From an uncultured Methanolobus sp. (GTDB lineage: Archaea; Halobacteriota; Methanosarcinia; Methanosarcinales; Methanosarcinaceae): DNA of 64,000 nt. The notes beneath the pieces were generated by a model. It saw only the letters and a list, made by a program, of their open reading frames with translations, did no database searches and had not been told where the DNA came from. Positions within the stretch are counted from its first letter, which is position 1; the number at the start of each line of letters is the position of its first letter. Position numbers and translations under genes: made by a program. Where the stretch lies: assembly GCA_963675495.1 (NCBI GenBank), contig OY776215.1, forward strand, positions 2,656,001-2,720,000, read 5' to 3'. Positions 50,173-60,288 of this stretch are shown piece after piece.

Positions 50173-50613
50173 TTATTCTTGTTTTTGCTCACTGAATTTT
50201 CTAAGCATTGCTATGTGTTCGATACCTGCATCATCATAAGTATCTCCATATTCCTCAAAACAGAATTTTCTGTAAAAACTCGTAGCATAGACCTGTGATG
50301 ATAAATGAAGCTCTTTCGCTCCCATTGTAATGGCCTTTTCAATCAGTTTTTCCATGAGCAAGCTTCCAAGATGCATGTTACGGTATTCTTTGACAACACA
50401 TATTCTCCCGATAGTAAACTTACCACTGTGTTCAAATATTCTCCCAGTGGCAACCGGTGTTCTATTGTTGTAAATGACCAGATGCAGAGCTATGCTGTCA
50501 TATTCATCAAATTCAAGGTTTTCATCGATGCTTTGTTCCAGCACAAAAACATTAATTCGTACTTCGCAGGCATCATTAAATTCCTCTGATCCTTTGATCC
50601 ATTTTATTTGCAT
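50173..50613 (-). CDS. GNAT N-acetyltransferase (ElaA/YjcF-like)
   Basis: RINVFVLEQ, IGRICV...YR, FYRKF, DAGIEH. Confidence 0.9.
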   Translation of the reverse strand: MQIKWIKGSEEFNDACEVRINVFVLEQSIDENLEFDEYDSIALHLVIYNNRTPVATGRIFEHSGKFTIGRICVVKEYRNMHLGSLLMEKLIEKAITMGAKELHLSSQVYATSFYRKFCFEEYGDTYDDAGIEHIAMLRKFSEQKQE

Positions 50614-50808
50614 ATTGATATTTGAAGGTGTGAGTTATTCAAAGGATATTATAACATGGAGTTAAATATTTTTCTGGTAGTTACTATGCCACTATTTATA
50701 TAAAAAGACGTTATCAAGAAACATCCTTTATGGAAAAACTTAAGTAGCTTATGGCCTATCGGTAGGCGTCTATAGAATATATAGAAAACTATCAATTGGA
50801 GATTCAAT

Positions 50809-51090
50809 ATGAAGAAATTCTTAAGCTTACTCATGGTTTTACTGATGGTCGGACTTGTTGCCGTATCAGGATGTGCAGACACAGCAGAAGATGTTGCTGA
50901 AGACGCAGGACATGCAGCAGAAGATGTTGCTGAAGACGCAGAACATGCAACAGAAGATGTTGCTGAAGATGTAACAGATGTTGCTGAGAACATGACAGAG
51001 AATATGACTGACATGGCAGAGAACATGACAGAGAATATGACTGACATGGCAGAAGACATGACAGAGAATATGACTGACATGACAGAATAA
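50809..51090 (+). CDS. Small acidic lipoprotein made of 11-residue repeats
   Basis: VAVSGC lipobox followed by six 11-mers; GGAG RBS. Confidence 0.8.
   Translation: MKKFLSLLMVLLMVGLVAVSGCADTAEDVAEDAGHAAEDVAEDAEHATEDVAEDVTDVAENMTENMTDMAENMTENMTDMAEDMTENMTDMTE
50884..51087 (+). repeat. 33-bp tandem repeat (about 6 units) within the lipoprotein gene
   Basis: GCAGAAGATGTTGCTGAAGAC-type units x3, then GAGAACATGACAGAGAATATGACTGAC-type units x3. Confidence 0.9.
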
Positions 51091-51142
51091 GTTGCTGGCA
51101 AAACAGTAACAGAGTAATACATTTAATAATTTATATCATACT

Positions 51143-51181
51143 CTGACAGTCTTCTTGAATGAAAATTCAGTTGATTGTCAG
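51143..51181 (+). terminator. Hairpin downstream of the repeat lipoprotein gene
   Basis: CTGACA...TGAAT-GAAA-ATTCA...TGTCAG, followed by T-rich sequence. Confidence 0.45.
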
Positions 51182-51410
51182 GATCTATGATCAATATCTA
51201 TTTCTTATTTTGATATTTTTTAATGCTTGATGTTCAATGTTTATTAAAGATACAAAGTCTTTAATGCATATATTAGATCAGCATATTTCGACTGTTTTTT
51301 AATAATAGCTTAGGAGCTTGAAATAGAAAGCCTTAAGTTGATTGCTAAATTATGCATAATAGCCTATACTTTCTATAGGAATATAGATAATTGTCCAGGG
51401 AAGATCAATA

Positions 51411-52214
51411 ATGAAGAAAATAATGAGTTTTTTAATAATAGGAATATTAATGCTAGGATTAGTTGCTGTTTCCGGATGTGCTGATAGCACAGAAGAAGAC
51501 AGTGCAGATGATGGAATGGTTGAAGAAACAGCTGAGGTACCAATTTATATTGTAGGGACAGAACCTTATTTCCCACCATTTGAATATGCCGATGCGAACA
51601 ACAGCAATGAGATCATAGGTTTTGATGTGGATCTTATCAACGCAATTGCAGAGGACCAGGGCTTTGAAATTGAATGGAAGGATCTTGAATTTGATGCACT
51701 TATCCCTGCTCTCCAGTCAGGACAGATCGACCTCATAGCCTCTGGTATGACAATTACTGCAGAAAGAGAAGAGTCTGTAGACTTTAGTGAACCATACATC
51801 AATGCAGGTCTTTCCCTTGCTGTTGCCGCTGATAACGAGGATATTATGAGCCTGGATGATGTTCAGGGTAAGGTTGCTGTAGTCCAGCAAGGTTCCACAG
51901 GAGCTTTGAAAGCTGATGAACTCAAAGCAGAAGGCATAATTGATGAAGTTATTTATCTTGCACACGTCAGTGACATTGTTATGAACATCCAGAGCGGACG
52001 TGCAGATTTCATGATCAATGACCTGCCAGTTACAAAATCTTATATGGTCCAGAATCCAGGTGTCATAAAGATAGTTGATGACGATATACAGAGTGATTCC
52101 TATGGTTTTGCAGTAAAGAACGGAAATACCGAGCTTCTTGAAATGCTCAACGCAGGTCTTGCTAATGTTCAGGAAGATGGTACATACGACCAGATAATGG
52201 GAGACTATTTCTAA
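51411..52214 (+). CDS. Polar/basic amino-acid ABC transporter substrate-binding lipoprotein
   Basis: SGC lipobox; FPPFEY, GFDVDL, SGMTITAER, VDFSEPY. Confidence 0.93.
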   Translation: MKKIMSFLIIGILMLGLVAVSGCADSTEEDSADDGMVEETAEVPIYIVGTEPYFPPFEYADANNSNEIIGFDVDLINAIAEDQGFEIEWKDLEFDALIPALQSGQIDLIASGMTITAEREESVDFSEPYINAGLSLAVAADNEDIMSLDDVQGKVAVVQQGSTGALKADELKAEGIIDEVIYLAHVSDIVMNIQSGRADFMINDLPVTKSYMVQNPGVIKIVDDDIQSDSYGFAVKNGNTELLEMLNAGLANVQEDGTYDQIMGDYF

Positions 52215-52228
52215 ATACTTTAATATTC

Positions 52229-52257
52229 TGAATATGCAATTCCCATTTGCATATTCA
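52229..52257 (+). terminator. Perfect 11-bp hairpin between the binding-protein and permease genes
   Basis: TGAATATGCAA-N7-TTGCATATTCA. Confidence 0.6.
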
Positions 52258-52384
52258 CTAAATTTTATATTTTCTCCTGCCGAAAAACGAAAAAATCTGT
52301 AGCGATATATTTATATGTCGTTCATGTGTGCCTACTTTCATAACAATATACTGATTATTTTCACAAAAAACCGAGGTAATATCC

Positions 52385-53077
52385 TTGTCCCTTTTATCTA
52401 CATATCTGGAACACATAATCAAAGTCTTACCTGACCTGGTAGCAGGGTCAATGATAACAATTGAGATAACATCTTTTTCTCTGTTTTTCGGAATGATACT
52501 TGGTACGATCAGCGGCCTTGGTAAGTTGTCCCAAAAGAGAATATTCAGATATCCAAGCATTGTTTACATTGATTTTATAAGGGGAACTCCCCTGCTGGTT
52601 CAGATATTGCTATTCTACTATGGTATTCCCGGTCTTTATTCCAATGCAACAGGGAATCCGTTGCAGATAGATCCGATACTTGCCGGTATTATTGTATGTA
52701 GTATAAACAGTGGAGCTTATATTGCAGAGATCGTACGTGCAGGTATACAATCAATCGACAAAGGACAGACGGAGGCAGCAAGGTCACTTGGTATGAATGA
52801 AAGGATGGCAATGAAAGAGATCATCCTCCCACAGGCATTCAGAAGAATAATACCTCCTCTTGGGAATGAGTTCATTGCTCTTTTAAAAGATTCATCACTT
52901 CTTGCTGTAATTGGCGTGCATGAACTGCTAAAGACCGGGCAGTTATATATTTCCAGGACATTTGCAGCTTTTCCGGTATATATTGCTGTGGCACTGATGT
53001 ATCTGATACTGACAATTGTAATCTCACGTGTAGTTGCATATTCAGAAAGGAGGCTTGGTGTCAGTGATAGAAGTTAA
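52385..53077 (+). CDS. Amino-acid ABC transporter permease (HisM/GlnP family)
   Basis: [36 protein letters not shown]. Confidence 0.95.
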   Translation: MSLLSTYLEHIIKVLPDLVAGSMITIEITSFSLFFGMILGTISGLGKLSQKRIFRYPSIVYIDFIRGTPLLVQILLFYYGIPGLYSNATGNPLQIDPILAGIIVCSINSGAYIAEIVRAGIQSIDKGQTEAARSLGMNERMAMKEIILPQAFRRIIPPLGNEFIALLKDSSLLAVIGVHELLKTGQLYISRTFAAFPVYIAVALMYLILTIVISRVVAYSERRLGVSDRS

Positions 53078-53786
53078 AGACCTTTACAAGAGATTTGGAG
53101 AGCTTGAAGTACTGAAAGGTATTTCTGTGGACATAAAGGAAAGTGAGGTGGTCTGTGTAATAGGTCCTTCAGGTTCAGGCAAAAGTACTTTCCTCAGGTG
53201 TCTTAACCTTCTGGAAATGCCGACATCCGGTGAGATCACCATTGATGATGAAAAGATAACTGATAAAAATATCAACATTAACCGGATACGTGAGGAAGCT
53301 GGCATGGTATTCCAGCATTTTAACCTATTTCCCCACAAAACCACACTTCAGAATGTTGCCATGGCACCAATGAAGGTCAGGAAACTCTCAAAGGAAGAAG
53401 CTGAGAAACGTGCTCATAACCTGTTGAAGAAAGTGGGTCTTGAAGATAAGGCAAATGTGTATCCATCATCTCTTTCAGGAGGGCAGAAACAAAGGGTTGC
53501 AATTGCAAGGGCGCTTGCTATGCATCCGAAAGTTATGCTCTTTGATGAACCAACATCAGCACTTGACCCGGAGATGGTGGGTGAGGTTCTTGGAGTTATG
53601 AAAGACCTTGCAGAGGCAGGCATGACCATGGTGGTTGTCACTCATGAAATGGGATTTGCCAGGGAAGTTGGTGACAGAGTTCTTTTCATGGATGATGGAA
53701 TGATAGTTGAAAGGGGAACGCCTGATGAAATATTCTCCAATGCCCGGCACGAGCGGACACAATCCTTCCTTAGTAAGATACTATAG
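53058..53786 (+). CDS. Amino-acid ABC transporter ATPase (GlnQ family)
   Basis: [36 protein letters not shown]. Confidence 0.95.
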   Translation: MSVIEVKDLYKRFGELEVLKGISVDIKESEVVCVIGPSGSGKSTFLRCLNLLEMPTSGEITIDDEKITDKNININRIREEAGMVFQHFNLFPHKTTLQNVAMAPMKVRKLSKEEAEKRAHNLLKKVGLEDKANVYPSSLSGGQKQRVAIARALAMHPKVMLFDEPTSALDPEMVGEVLGVMKDLAEAGMTMVVVTHEMGFAREVGDRVLFMDDGMIVERGTPDEIFSNARHERTQSFLSKIL

Positions 53787-53850
53787 GTCAAATGGCAAAA
53801 ACGAATGCCCTTTTATTGAAAAATGATTGCAGGATATTGAAATAATTCGT

Positions 53851-54351
53851 TTACTTCTTTCCTGCAAGTTCTTTTATGCCCTTCTCGTCCAACCTGTATA
53901 GTACCCATTCTTTCTGGACTTCAGCACCAAAATGCTCATAGAACTCCTTTGCAGGATTCCATTCTAACATACTCCACTCTATTCTTCCACAGTTACGTTC
54001 TTCTGCAATCTGTCCGCAACGGAGCATAAGTGCTTTTCCAATACCCATGCCTCGGAATTTTGGATAGACAAATATGTCTTCAATATACAAACCGGGTTTA
54101 CCAACAAAGGAAGAGAAGGTATGGAAGAGTATAATGAAGCCTGCAGGTTTGTCATCAAGTTCAACTATTATCGCCTCAGCATATGGTCTTTTTCCAAACA
54201 AGGCAGTATAAAGATTTCCTTCCGTCGAAAGGACCTGTTCTTCGAGACCTTCAAATTCAGCAAGTGACCGTACAAAGTCCATAATGATGGGAATATCACG
54301 TTCATTTGCCTGCCTGATAATTATTCCATTTTTCTTTGAGATGGTTTCCAT
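53851..54351 (-). CDS. GNAT N-acetyltransferase (diamine/SSAT-like)
   Basis: LAEFE, FSSFVGKPGLYIEDIFV, RGMGIGK, CGRIEW. Confidence 0.88.
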   Translation of the reverse strand: METISKKNGIIIRQANERDIPIIMDFVRSLAEFEGLEEQVLSTEGNLYTALFGKRPYAEAIIVELDDKPAGFIILFHTFSSFVGKPGLYIEDIFVYPKFRGMGIGKALMLRCGQIAEERNCGRIEWSMLEWNPAKEFYEHFGAEVQKEWVLYRLDEKGIKELAGKK

Positions 54352-54476
54352 GTTCTCACCTTCAACATTTTTAAATCATACAACAAATGTATTTTTAAAG
54401 AGCGTCAACTTCTCATTCTATTAAGATACTAGTATTTTTAATAAACCAGTGAAAGCTGTTCCCGCGGAATGAAAGG

Positions 54477-54650
54477 ATGCAAGTTGCAAAAATCGTAATA
54501 ATAAGTCTTGTTATTTTTATGCTGGTGACTATAATCGTTACTCAGGCCTTACAGGATAAGATATTCTTTTCGCTGTTTGTTGGGATACCTTCCGGAGCTG
54601 CGGCTTTTGCTATCAGTTTTGTTTATCTGTACATGCAAAAGAATGAATAG
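54477..54650 (+). CDS. Small two-TM membrane protein, 57 aa
   Basis: Not in the ORF track; MQVAKIVIISLVIFMLVTIIVTQALQDKIFFSLFVGIPSGAAAFAISFVYLYMQKNE; ends 23 bp before the next gene. Confidence 0.7.
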   Translation: MQVAKIVIISLVIFMLVTIIVTQALQDKIFFSLFVGIPSGAAAFAISFVYLYMQKNE

Positions 54651-54673
54651 CAAATAGTGAATAAGGTAATAAT

Positions 54674-55460
54674 ATGCCATTGTTGACAATATTATCATGC
54701 AAGATCCTACAAGATGAAGTTGTGCATATCCTGGAAAACGATTCCTCAGTAAATGAGGCACTGGTTGTTGCCAATGGGCAGGAGGATGATTTTACTTCCA
54801 AACTTCAAAAAGTAGGTATAAGCTATTGGCTCTTATCCGCCGATAAACTTCCGGTTGATACTGAAACTTACAAGAACGATTCTCATAGTTATACTGTAAT
54901 GGTGTACATGGTTGAGCTTGCATTGCACGAGCTTCCAAAAACACTTAAAACAGAAGTGTACAAATTACTTGAAAAACTAAGTAAATATTCCAGCGGCATT
55001 CTCCTCTTTTACGGACTTTGCGGAAACGTATTCGATAAGATCAAAACCGATTTCGAGCATCTTGAAAAATCATGTCCTGTGAGAATACTTCAGGATGATA
55101 CACGAACAGTTGATGATTGTGTAGGTGTTACACTGGGTGGTTGTAGTGAATATCTTTCGACTCTCAAAAAGTTCAGTGATCAGGGGGACATTTTTATTTA
55201 CACCCATGTTTGCACACACCTGGAGGGAGATTATGAGAGTTGATCCTGAAAAACCCGAAAAAACGATTAAGATGCTCCGAAAGGTCAATGAAATTACTGG
55301 ATACAAGCGGATTGCCAAGATCAGAACTGGACTACTGCATACAGATAATTTTGATGAAAAAGTGGCTGAATTTGCAGAGATATTTGATTTTGAGGTTCTG
55401 GAAGTAGAAGGTTGCCAGAACATATTTGAGAACTGTTATGAATCGATTAAAAAGAGATAA
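54674..55460 (+). pseudogene. DUF1638-like protein split by a frameshift
   Basis: ELALHE, LFYGLCGN and DDCVG in the first frame; the expected GTFLFTPMFA...W continuation is in another frame after GGGGG at 55183-87. Confidence 0.8.
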
Positions 55461-55677
55461 CATGTTGCTAGTCGCTACTTCCTGATTTTTAGTGAGTTGT
55501 TCTGTTGTAGAAAGATTTATACCGTATGGAATCCCAGTTTTTAATGGGGGCAGGTCTTTATCGCTAATGCAGGCTGCAAGAATCAGAACTATGTTAATAT
55601 TTTTACTGACGTTTGTTTATGCAGGTATATCATGTGATTAGAAAAGGATAGTGCTTACCAGTTCTATAGGTGATGCG

Positions 55678-56190
55678 ATGGAATCAAGGGAAGAATTACT
55701 CAATAAAGGCTACGAAATAGCAACGTTTGCAGCAGGTTGTTTCTGGGGTGTGGAATCGACGTTTAGAAAAGTAAAAGGTGTGGGCTTCACTCAGGTGGGC
55801 TACACCGGTGGAACTACGGAAAATCCAACTTATAAAGGGGTATGTACAGGAACAACAGGTCATGCTGAAGCTGTAGAAGTTGTTTTTGATCCTTCTGTTG
55901 TACCTTACGAAAAATTATTGGAACTTTTCTGGGCTTTGCATGACCCTACCACTCTTAATAAACAGGGGCCTGACGTTGGTACACAATATCGTTCTGCTAT
56001 ATTTTATCATAATGCTGAACAGAGGAATGTTGCTATAGCATCAAAGATGCATCTGGAAAAATCCGGAGAATATAGTGGGGAGATAGTAACCCAGATACTA
56101 CCTGCAGGAGTGTTTTATCGTGCAGAGGAATACCATCAACAATATTTCGAAAAAATGGGTACTGATGGGGGATGTATTATAAAACATTAA
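55678..56190 (+). CDS. msrA: Peptide methionine sulfoxide reductase MsrA
   Basis: [32 protein letters not shown]. Confidence 0.96.
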   Translation: MESREELLNKGYEIATFAAGCFWGVESTFRKVKGVGFTQVGYTGGTTENPTYKGVCTGTTGHAEAVEVVFDPSVVPYEKLLELFWALHDPTTLNKQGPDVGTQYRSAIFYHNAEQRNVAIASKMHLEKSGEYSGEIVTQILPAGVFYRAEEYHQQYFEKMGTDGGCIIKH

Positions 56191-56281
56191 GCAACTTGTG
56201 GGTCTTTCCAAAATCAGTGGAAAATGAAAACAAGACCCAAAAGCCTATAAGCTTAAAATTAAATGTATAAGTGGTGATGAT

Positions 56282-56518
56282 ATGCAGGAATTCACATTTG
56301 AAGAAGTTGCAAAATACAATGGTAAAGATGGAGAAAAGACATATGTTGTCTACGACGGTAAAATTTATGATGTAAGTGATAGTGACTTCTGGGACGGTGG
56401 AGAACATATGGGTTTGCATGAGGCGGGAGCTGATTTAACTGAATCTCTTGATATGGAAGCCCCCCATGAGACAGATGCACTGGATAATTACCCCGTAGTT
56501 GGTACGATTAAAAAATAA
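56282..56518 (+). CDS. Cytochrome b5-like heme/steroid-binding protein
   Basis: YVVYDGKIYDVS, HMGLHEAGADLT, APH. Confidence 0.9.
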   Translation: MQEFTFEEVAKYNGKDGEKTYVVYDGKIYDVSDSDFWDGGEHMGLHEAGADLTESLDMEAPHETDALDNYPVVGTIKK

Positions 56519-56560
56519 AATATAGATGCATTCTGGCACACTTTGGAATTAAGGCAGGTT

Positions 56561-57307
56561 TTACAGAGGTATTTCGAATATGAATGATGAACCATTACCG
56601 GTTTCACTCTCAACTCGAATGCTTCCTCTGTGCATTTCAACATATTTCTTGACAATTGCGGGACCTAGTCCTGAACCTTCATAATTTATGCTAAGTGCTG
56701 AGTCTACCTGTCTGAAAGGTTCAAACAGGTCTTTCTGATCATCCGGATGTATGCCTATGCCCGAGTCCTTTACCTCAATCTCTATATTGTTTAGAACCTT
56801 TTTTGCATACACGTGGATATAACCACCTTCCGTGGTAAATTTAATTGCATTGCCTATCAGATTATAGGGTATTTGTTTTAACTTGATCCTATCAACCGTT
56901 ATAGCTGCGATATCATTGTCAATGTCAAATTCAAGGGAAATATCTTTTGTTATTACAAGAGTTGAGACCGTTCTCTTTACTTCATTAAATACATCAAATA
57001 CATTTACCTCTCCTGTTACAAGGTCCGTTTTTCCAGCTTTTATCCTGGAAAGGTCAAGAATATCATTTATGACTTCTAGTAGATGTTTTCCACTGTTGGA
57101 TATATTTGAAAGGTACTTTTCCTGCTTATCGCTAAAAATATCGTTTTCGCTATACTGCAACATATCTGAAAATCCAATGATGGAATTTAGGGGTGTGCGA
57201 AGTTCATGGCTCATATTCGTAAGGACTTCACTTTTTGCCATATCAGAAACCTCAGCAGCGAGTTTTGCTTTAATAAGTGCTTCCTTTTTGCAATCTCTTT
57301 TATAAGT
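56561..57307 (-). pseudogene. Truncated histidine kinase (HisKA-HATPase only)
   Basis: MSHELRTPLN and HATPase boxes; homology extends upstream of the ATG (EALIKAKLAAE) to an in-frame stop; no sensor domain; prolines in KQIPYNL and GLGPAIV. Confidence 0.7.
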
Positions 57308-57505
57308 TCATTTTCCTGGGTTATTCTTTTCTGGAAGGTGAATGTTATGCTATAGTGCTCCATGAATCAGGCATCTATTTTTGATGTGTAATTTGTACAT
57401 TTTATATTAGTTACATTACTATATAATATTTTATATATAGTGTATATATTGTGTGCATAAAAAATTGTAAGCGGATATTGCTATTTGTAGCATGTAAATC
57501 CTAAT

Positions 57506-57832
57506 CTACCTTTATAATGGATGCTTGTTTACAGGGAGCAGCATACAGGTGATGTTCTTTGGTAAAATATTTGCAACAGGAACATTTGATCTGCTTCATC
57601 AGGGACATATTCTTTACCTCAGTGAAGCTAAAAAATGGGTGATGAACTTTATGTGACAGTTGTCAGGGAATCCAGGATAAAACACAAACCAAAATCCATA
57701 ATTCCAGACAAGCAAAGGGTGGAAATGGTCAATTCCCTGAAAATAGTCGATAAAGTTATTCTTGGAAGTGCTTCTGATATTTTCGACCCTATTAAGAAAA
57801 TAAAACCTGTTATCATAGTACTAAGACATGAT
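57506..57832 (+). pseudogene. ribL: Degenerate partial duplicate of the ribL 5' region, including its promoter and RBS
   Basis: Aligns to 59771-60099 with two 1-nt deletions, HPGH changed to HQGH, and loss of the 3' third. Confidence 0.9.
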
Positions 57833-58370
57833 TCTATTCTTTGAAATACTGCAGATGAATGTAGATTTTGATACCCTGTTTATTATATATGCATGTTTAT
57901 TTAACAAGTAATCAATTCTGAAAGAGATGATGTATCTGCGTTCTTCTGTAATTTATAATTGGATTTTACATTTGTTTTCTACAAAGCTACGTTGTCATGA
58001 AGATCAAGTTACAGTAATTAGTCATTGGTTGAATTAAATTATGGAAATAAGGGTAAAATATGCAGGAAAAAAGACCATTTCATCATATTTTTTTATGAAC
58101 AGAAAATGAATTAAAAGAGATGAAGATAAATCAAAAATTAAAATATTATATATGTAATTTTTTTCATATTGTATGATATGATGACATTATATGAGTAATA
58201 TGTGATGATTTAAAGAAGTTAATGAAATTTACTCTCTGCTTGTCGAAATCATTTGAAAAAGGTTAAATATCATCAGTTGACATAAAACGAACTTATTCTT
58301 TAAATTCAGGAAGAATGATCTTGTAAGTTAATCAGGTTATATGTTGAACCTGATTGATAGGTGGTATGAT

Positions 58371-59576
58371 ATGAACAAAATAAAAATATTTATGACAATG
58401 TTAGTACTAATGTTGCTTGCTGCTCCTGCAGCTGCGATTGAGACAACCGATCTTAATACTCTTACTGATGAACAACTTGTTTCAAGTCTGCTTGGATCTG
58501 GTGTTACTGTAACAGATGTGAGGATTACCGGTGCAAATGTAGCTGCCGGTACATTCAGTGATTCTGAGGCAGTTACTGGAATTGATCAGGGAGTTATTCT
58601 TAGCACAGGTGATATTGCAAATGTAACTGGCCCAAATACTGCTGATGACACCACAACAGTAAATGGAGAATCCGGTGATTCCGATCTTGATCTCTTGATA
58701 CCAGGATTTTCAACGCAGGATGCCATCATCCTTGAGATCGACTTTATTCCAGAAGGAACACAACTTGAGTTCAATTATGTCTTTGGTTCGGAAGAATATA
58801 ATGAGTATGTAGACTCAGAATTCAACGATGTTTTCGGATTCTTCCTCAACGGTGTGAACATTGCACTGATTCCAGGAACAAATGAACCAGTAGCTATCAA
58901 TAATGTAAATAATGTAAATAATCCGGTTTATTTCCTGGATAATGATTTTGGTGATTTGAGCCCAATTCCTTACAATACTGAACTCGATGGTTTCACAACA
59001 GTTTTTAAAGCTGTAGGTGAAGTAGCTCCTTTAACTACAAACACGATTAAAATAGCAATAGCAGATGCCGGTGATTCTGCATTAGATTCTGCTGTTTTTA
59101 TCGAGGCTAAAAGTTTCAGCTCAGCAGATTTCTTCCTGACACCTGAAACTGCAACTAATAATGTTGGAGAGACACATACCTTAAGCGCAGAACTTAAAGA
59201 GGTCACAGAAAATGGTGTATCTCCAATTGTAGGAGAAACTGTGAACTTTGTTGTCACAAGCGGTCCAAATTCAGGTATTTTCGGATCAGGTGTAACAGAT
59301 TCTGATGGTATTGCTACATGGAGCTACAGCAGTTCTGTTGATGGTACAGACACAATTGAGGCTTTTGTAGGCTCTGAGGCAAATCCGGAAATGGTATCTA
59401 ACGAAGTTACAAAAATATGGGAAGGGGAAGTAATTGATGAACCTGATGAACCTGATGAACCTGATGAACCAGATGAACCAGATGAACCATCTGAGCAGAT
59501 TCCTGAATTCCCAACGATTGCTCTGCCAGCATTGGCAATAATCGGTCTGGCCTTTGTATTCCAGCGTCGTGAGTAA
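58371..59576 (+). CDS. Cell-surface protein: choice-of-anchor L-like domain, Ig-like domain, PEF-CTERM
   Basis: Signal peptide; GVILSTG, YVFGSEEY, FNDVFGFF, IADAGDSALDSAVFI; IPEFPT, TM helix, RRE. Confidence 0.9.
   Translation: MNKIKIFMTMLVLMLLAAPAAAIETTDLNTLTDEQLVSSLLGSGVTVTDVRITGANVAAGTFSDSEAVTGIDQGVILSTGDIANVTGPNTADDTTTVNGESGDSDLDLLIPGFSTQDAIILEIDFIPEGTQLEFNYVFGSEEYNEYVDSEFNDVFGFFLNGVNIALIPGTNEPVAINNVNNVNNPVYFLDNDFGDLSPIPYNTELDGFTTVFKAVGEVAPLTTNTIKIAIADAGDSALDSAVFIEAKSFSSADFFLTPETATNNVGETHTLSAELKEVTENGVSPIVGETVNFVVTSGPNSGIFGSGVTDSDGIATWSYSSSVDGTDTIEAFVGSEANPEMVSNEVTKIWEGEVIDEPDEPDEPDEPDEPDEPSEQIPEFPTIALPALAIIGLAFVFQRRE
59436..59489 (+). repeat. 9-bp tandem repeat x6 encoding a (DEP)6 linker
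   Basis: GATGAACCT x3 then GATGAACCA x3. Confidence 0.95.
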
Positions 59577-59823
59577 GGCATGCATTAAATGATTCAAAGA
59601 CTTCATCAAAGTTCTTGAATCATATTTTCTATTTTTTGCATTTATTATTTATATCCATATAAGAGTAAAATCACTTATGTTAGCATGACTTTAATTTAGT
59701 CACAAGTGATAATTTTTTACGGATTCATAGTCACTTGAAATATGGGTATTTTGAGTATGTCGATCTGGAGCTATCTTTATAATATATGCTTGTTTATAGG
59801 GAGCAGCATACAGGTGATGTTTT

Positions 59824-60243
59824 TTGGTAAGAGTACTTGCAACAGGAACATTTGATCTGCTTCATCCGGGGCACATTCTTTACCTTAGTGAAGCTAAAAG
59901 AATGGGTGATGAACTTTATGTGATAGTTGCCAGAGAATCCATGATAAAACACAAACCAAAGCCCATAATTCCAGATGAGCAAAGGGTGGAAATGGTCAAT
60001 TCCCTGAAAATTGTCGATAAAGCTATTCTTGGAAACGATTCTGATATTTTTAATCCTATAAAAGAAATAAAGCCTGATATCATAGTACTTGGGTATGATC
60101 AGGGTTTTGATATAGACAAACTTCAAAAACAGTTGCAGGACAGGGGTTTTCATTCTAAGGTGATAAGGCTGGAACGGTCATTGATCTGTCCTCTTTGCAG
60201 CACTGGAAAAATCATCAAAAAAGTGCTTGAACGCTATAAGTAA
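59824..60243 (+). CDS. ribL: FAD synthase (cytidylyltransferase family)
   Basis: ATGTFDLLHPGH, PDIIVLGYDQ, C-terminal CPLCSTGKII; close to ribH and ribC. Confidence 0.9.
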   Translation: MVRVLATGTFDLLHPGHILYLSEAKRMGDELYVIVARESMIKHKPKPIIPDEQRVEMVNSLKIVDKAILGNDSDIFNPIKEIKPDIIVLGYDQGFDIDKLQKQLQDRGFHSKVIRLERSLICPLCSTGKIIKKVLERYK

Positions 60244-60288
60244 AACAATTCTAATTCATAATAAAAAAGTAAAATGAAAACGGAAAAG

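Noticed and set aside
50884-51087. 33-bp repeats as a possible CRISPR array
   Set aside because: The units are contiguous with no unique spacers, are in frame within a lipoprotein gene, and no cas genes are present.
50649-51122. 157-aa minus-strand repetitive ORF, and similar antisense ORFs such as 1-300, 23152-23679, 29374-29685 and 62929-63414
   Set aside because: They are shadows of well-supported genes on the opposite strand and have no motifs of their own.
14371-54650. Pyrrolysine (amber) read-through at the TAG stops of ccmA (14373), the symporter (17685), the pilus ATPase (35836), the ABC ATPase (53786) and the 57-aa ORF (54650)
   Set aside because: Each protein looks complete at the TAG, and the frame hits another stop within a few codons without joining the next gene.
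55520-55590. GCTAATG-containing leader upstream of msrA as a fluoride riboswitch
   Set aside because: It lacks the GAUGG...UUC.CC 5' element and pseudoknot pairing, and the gene context does not fit.
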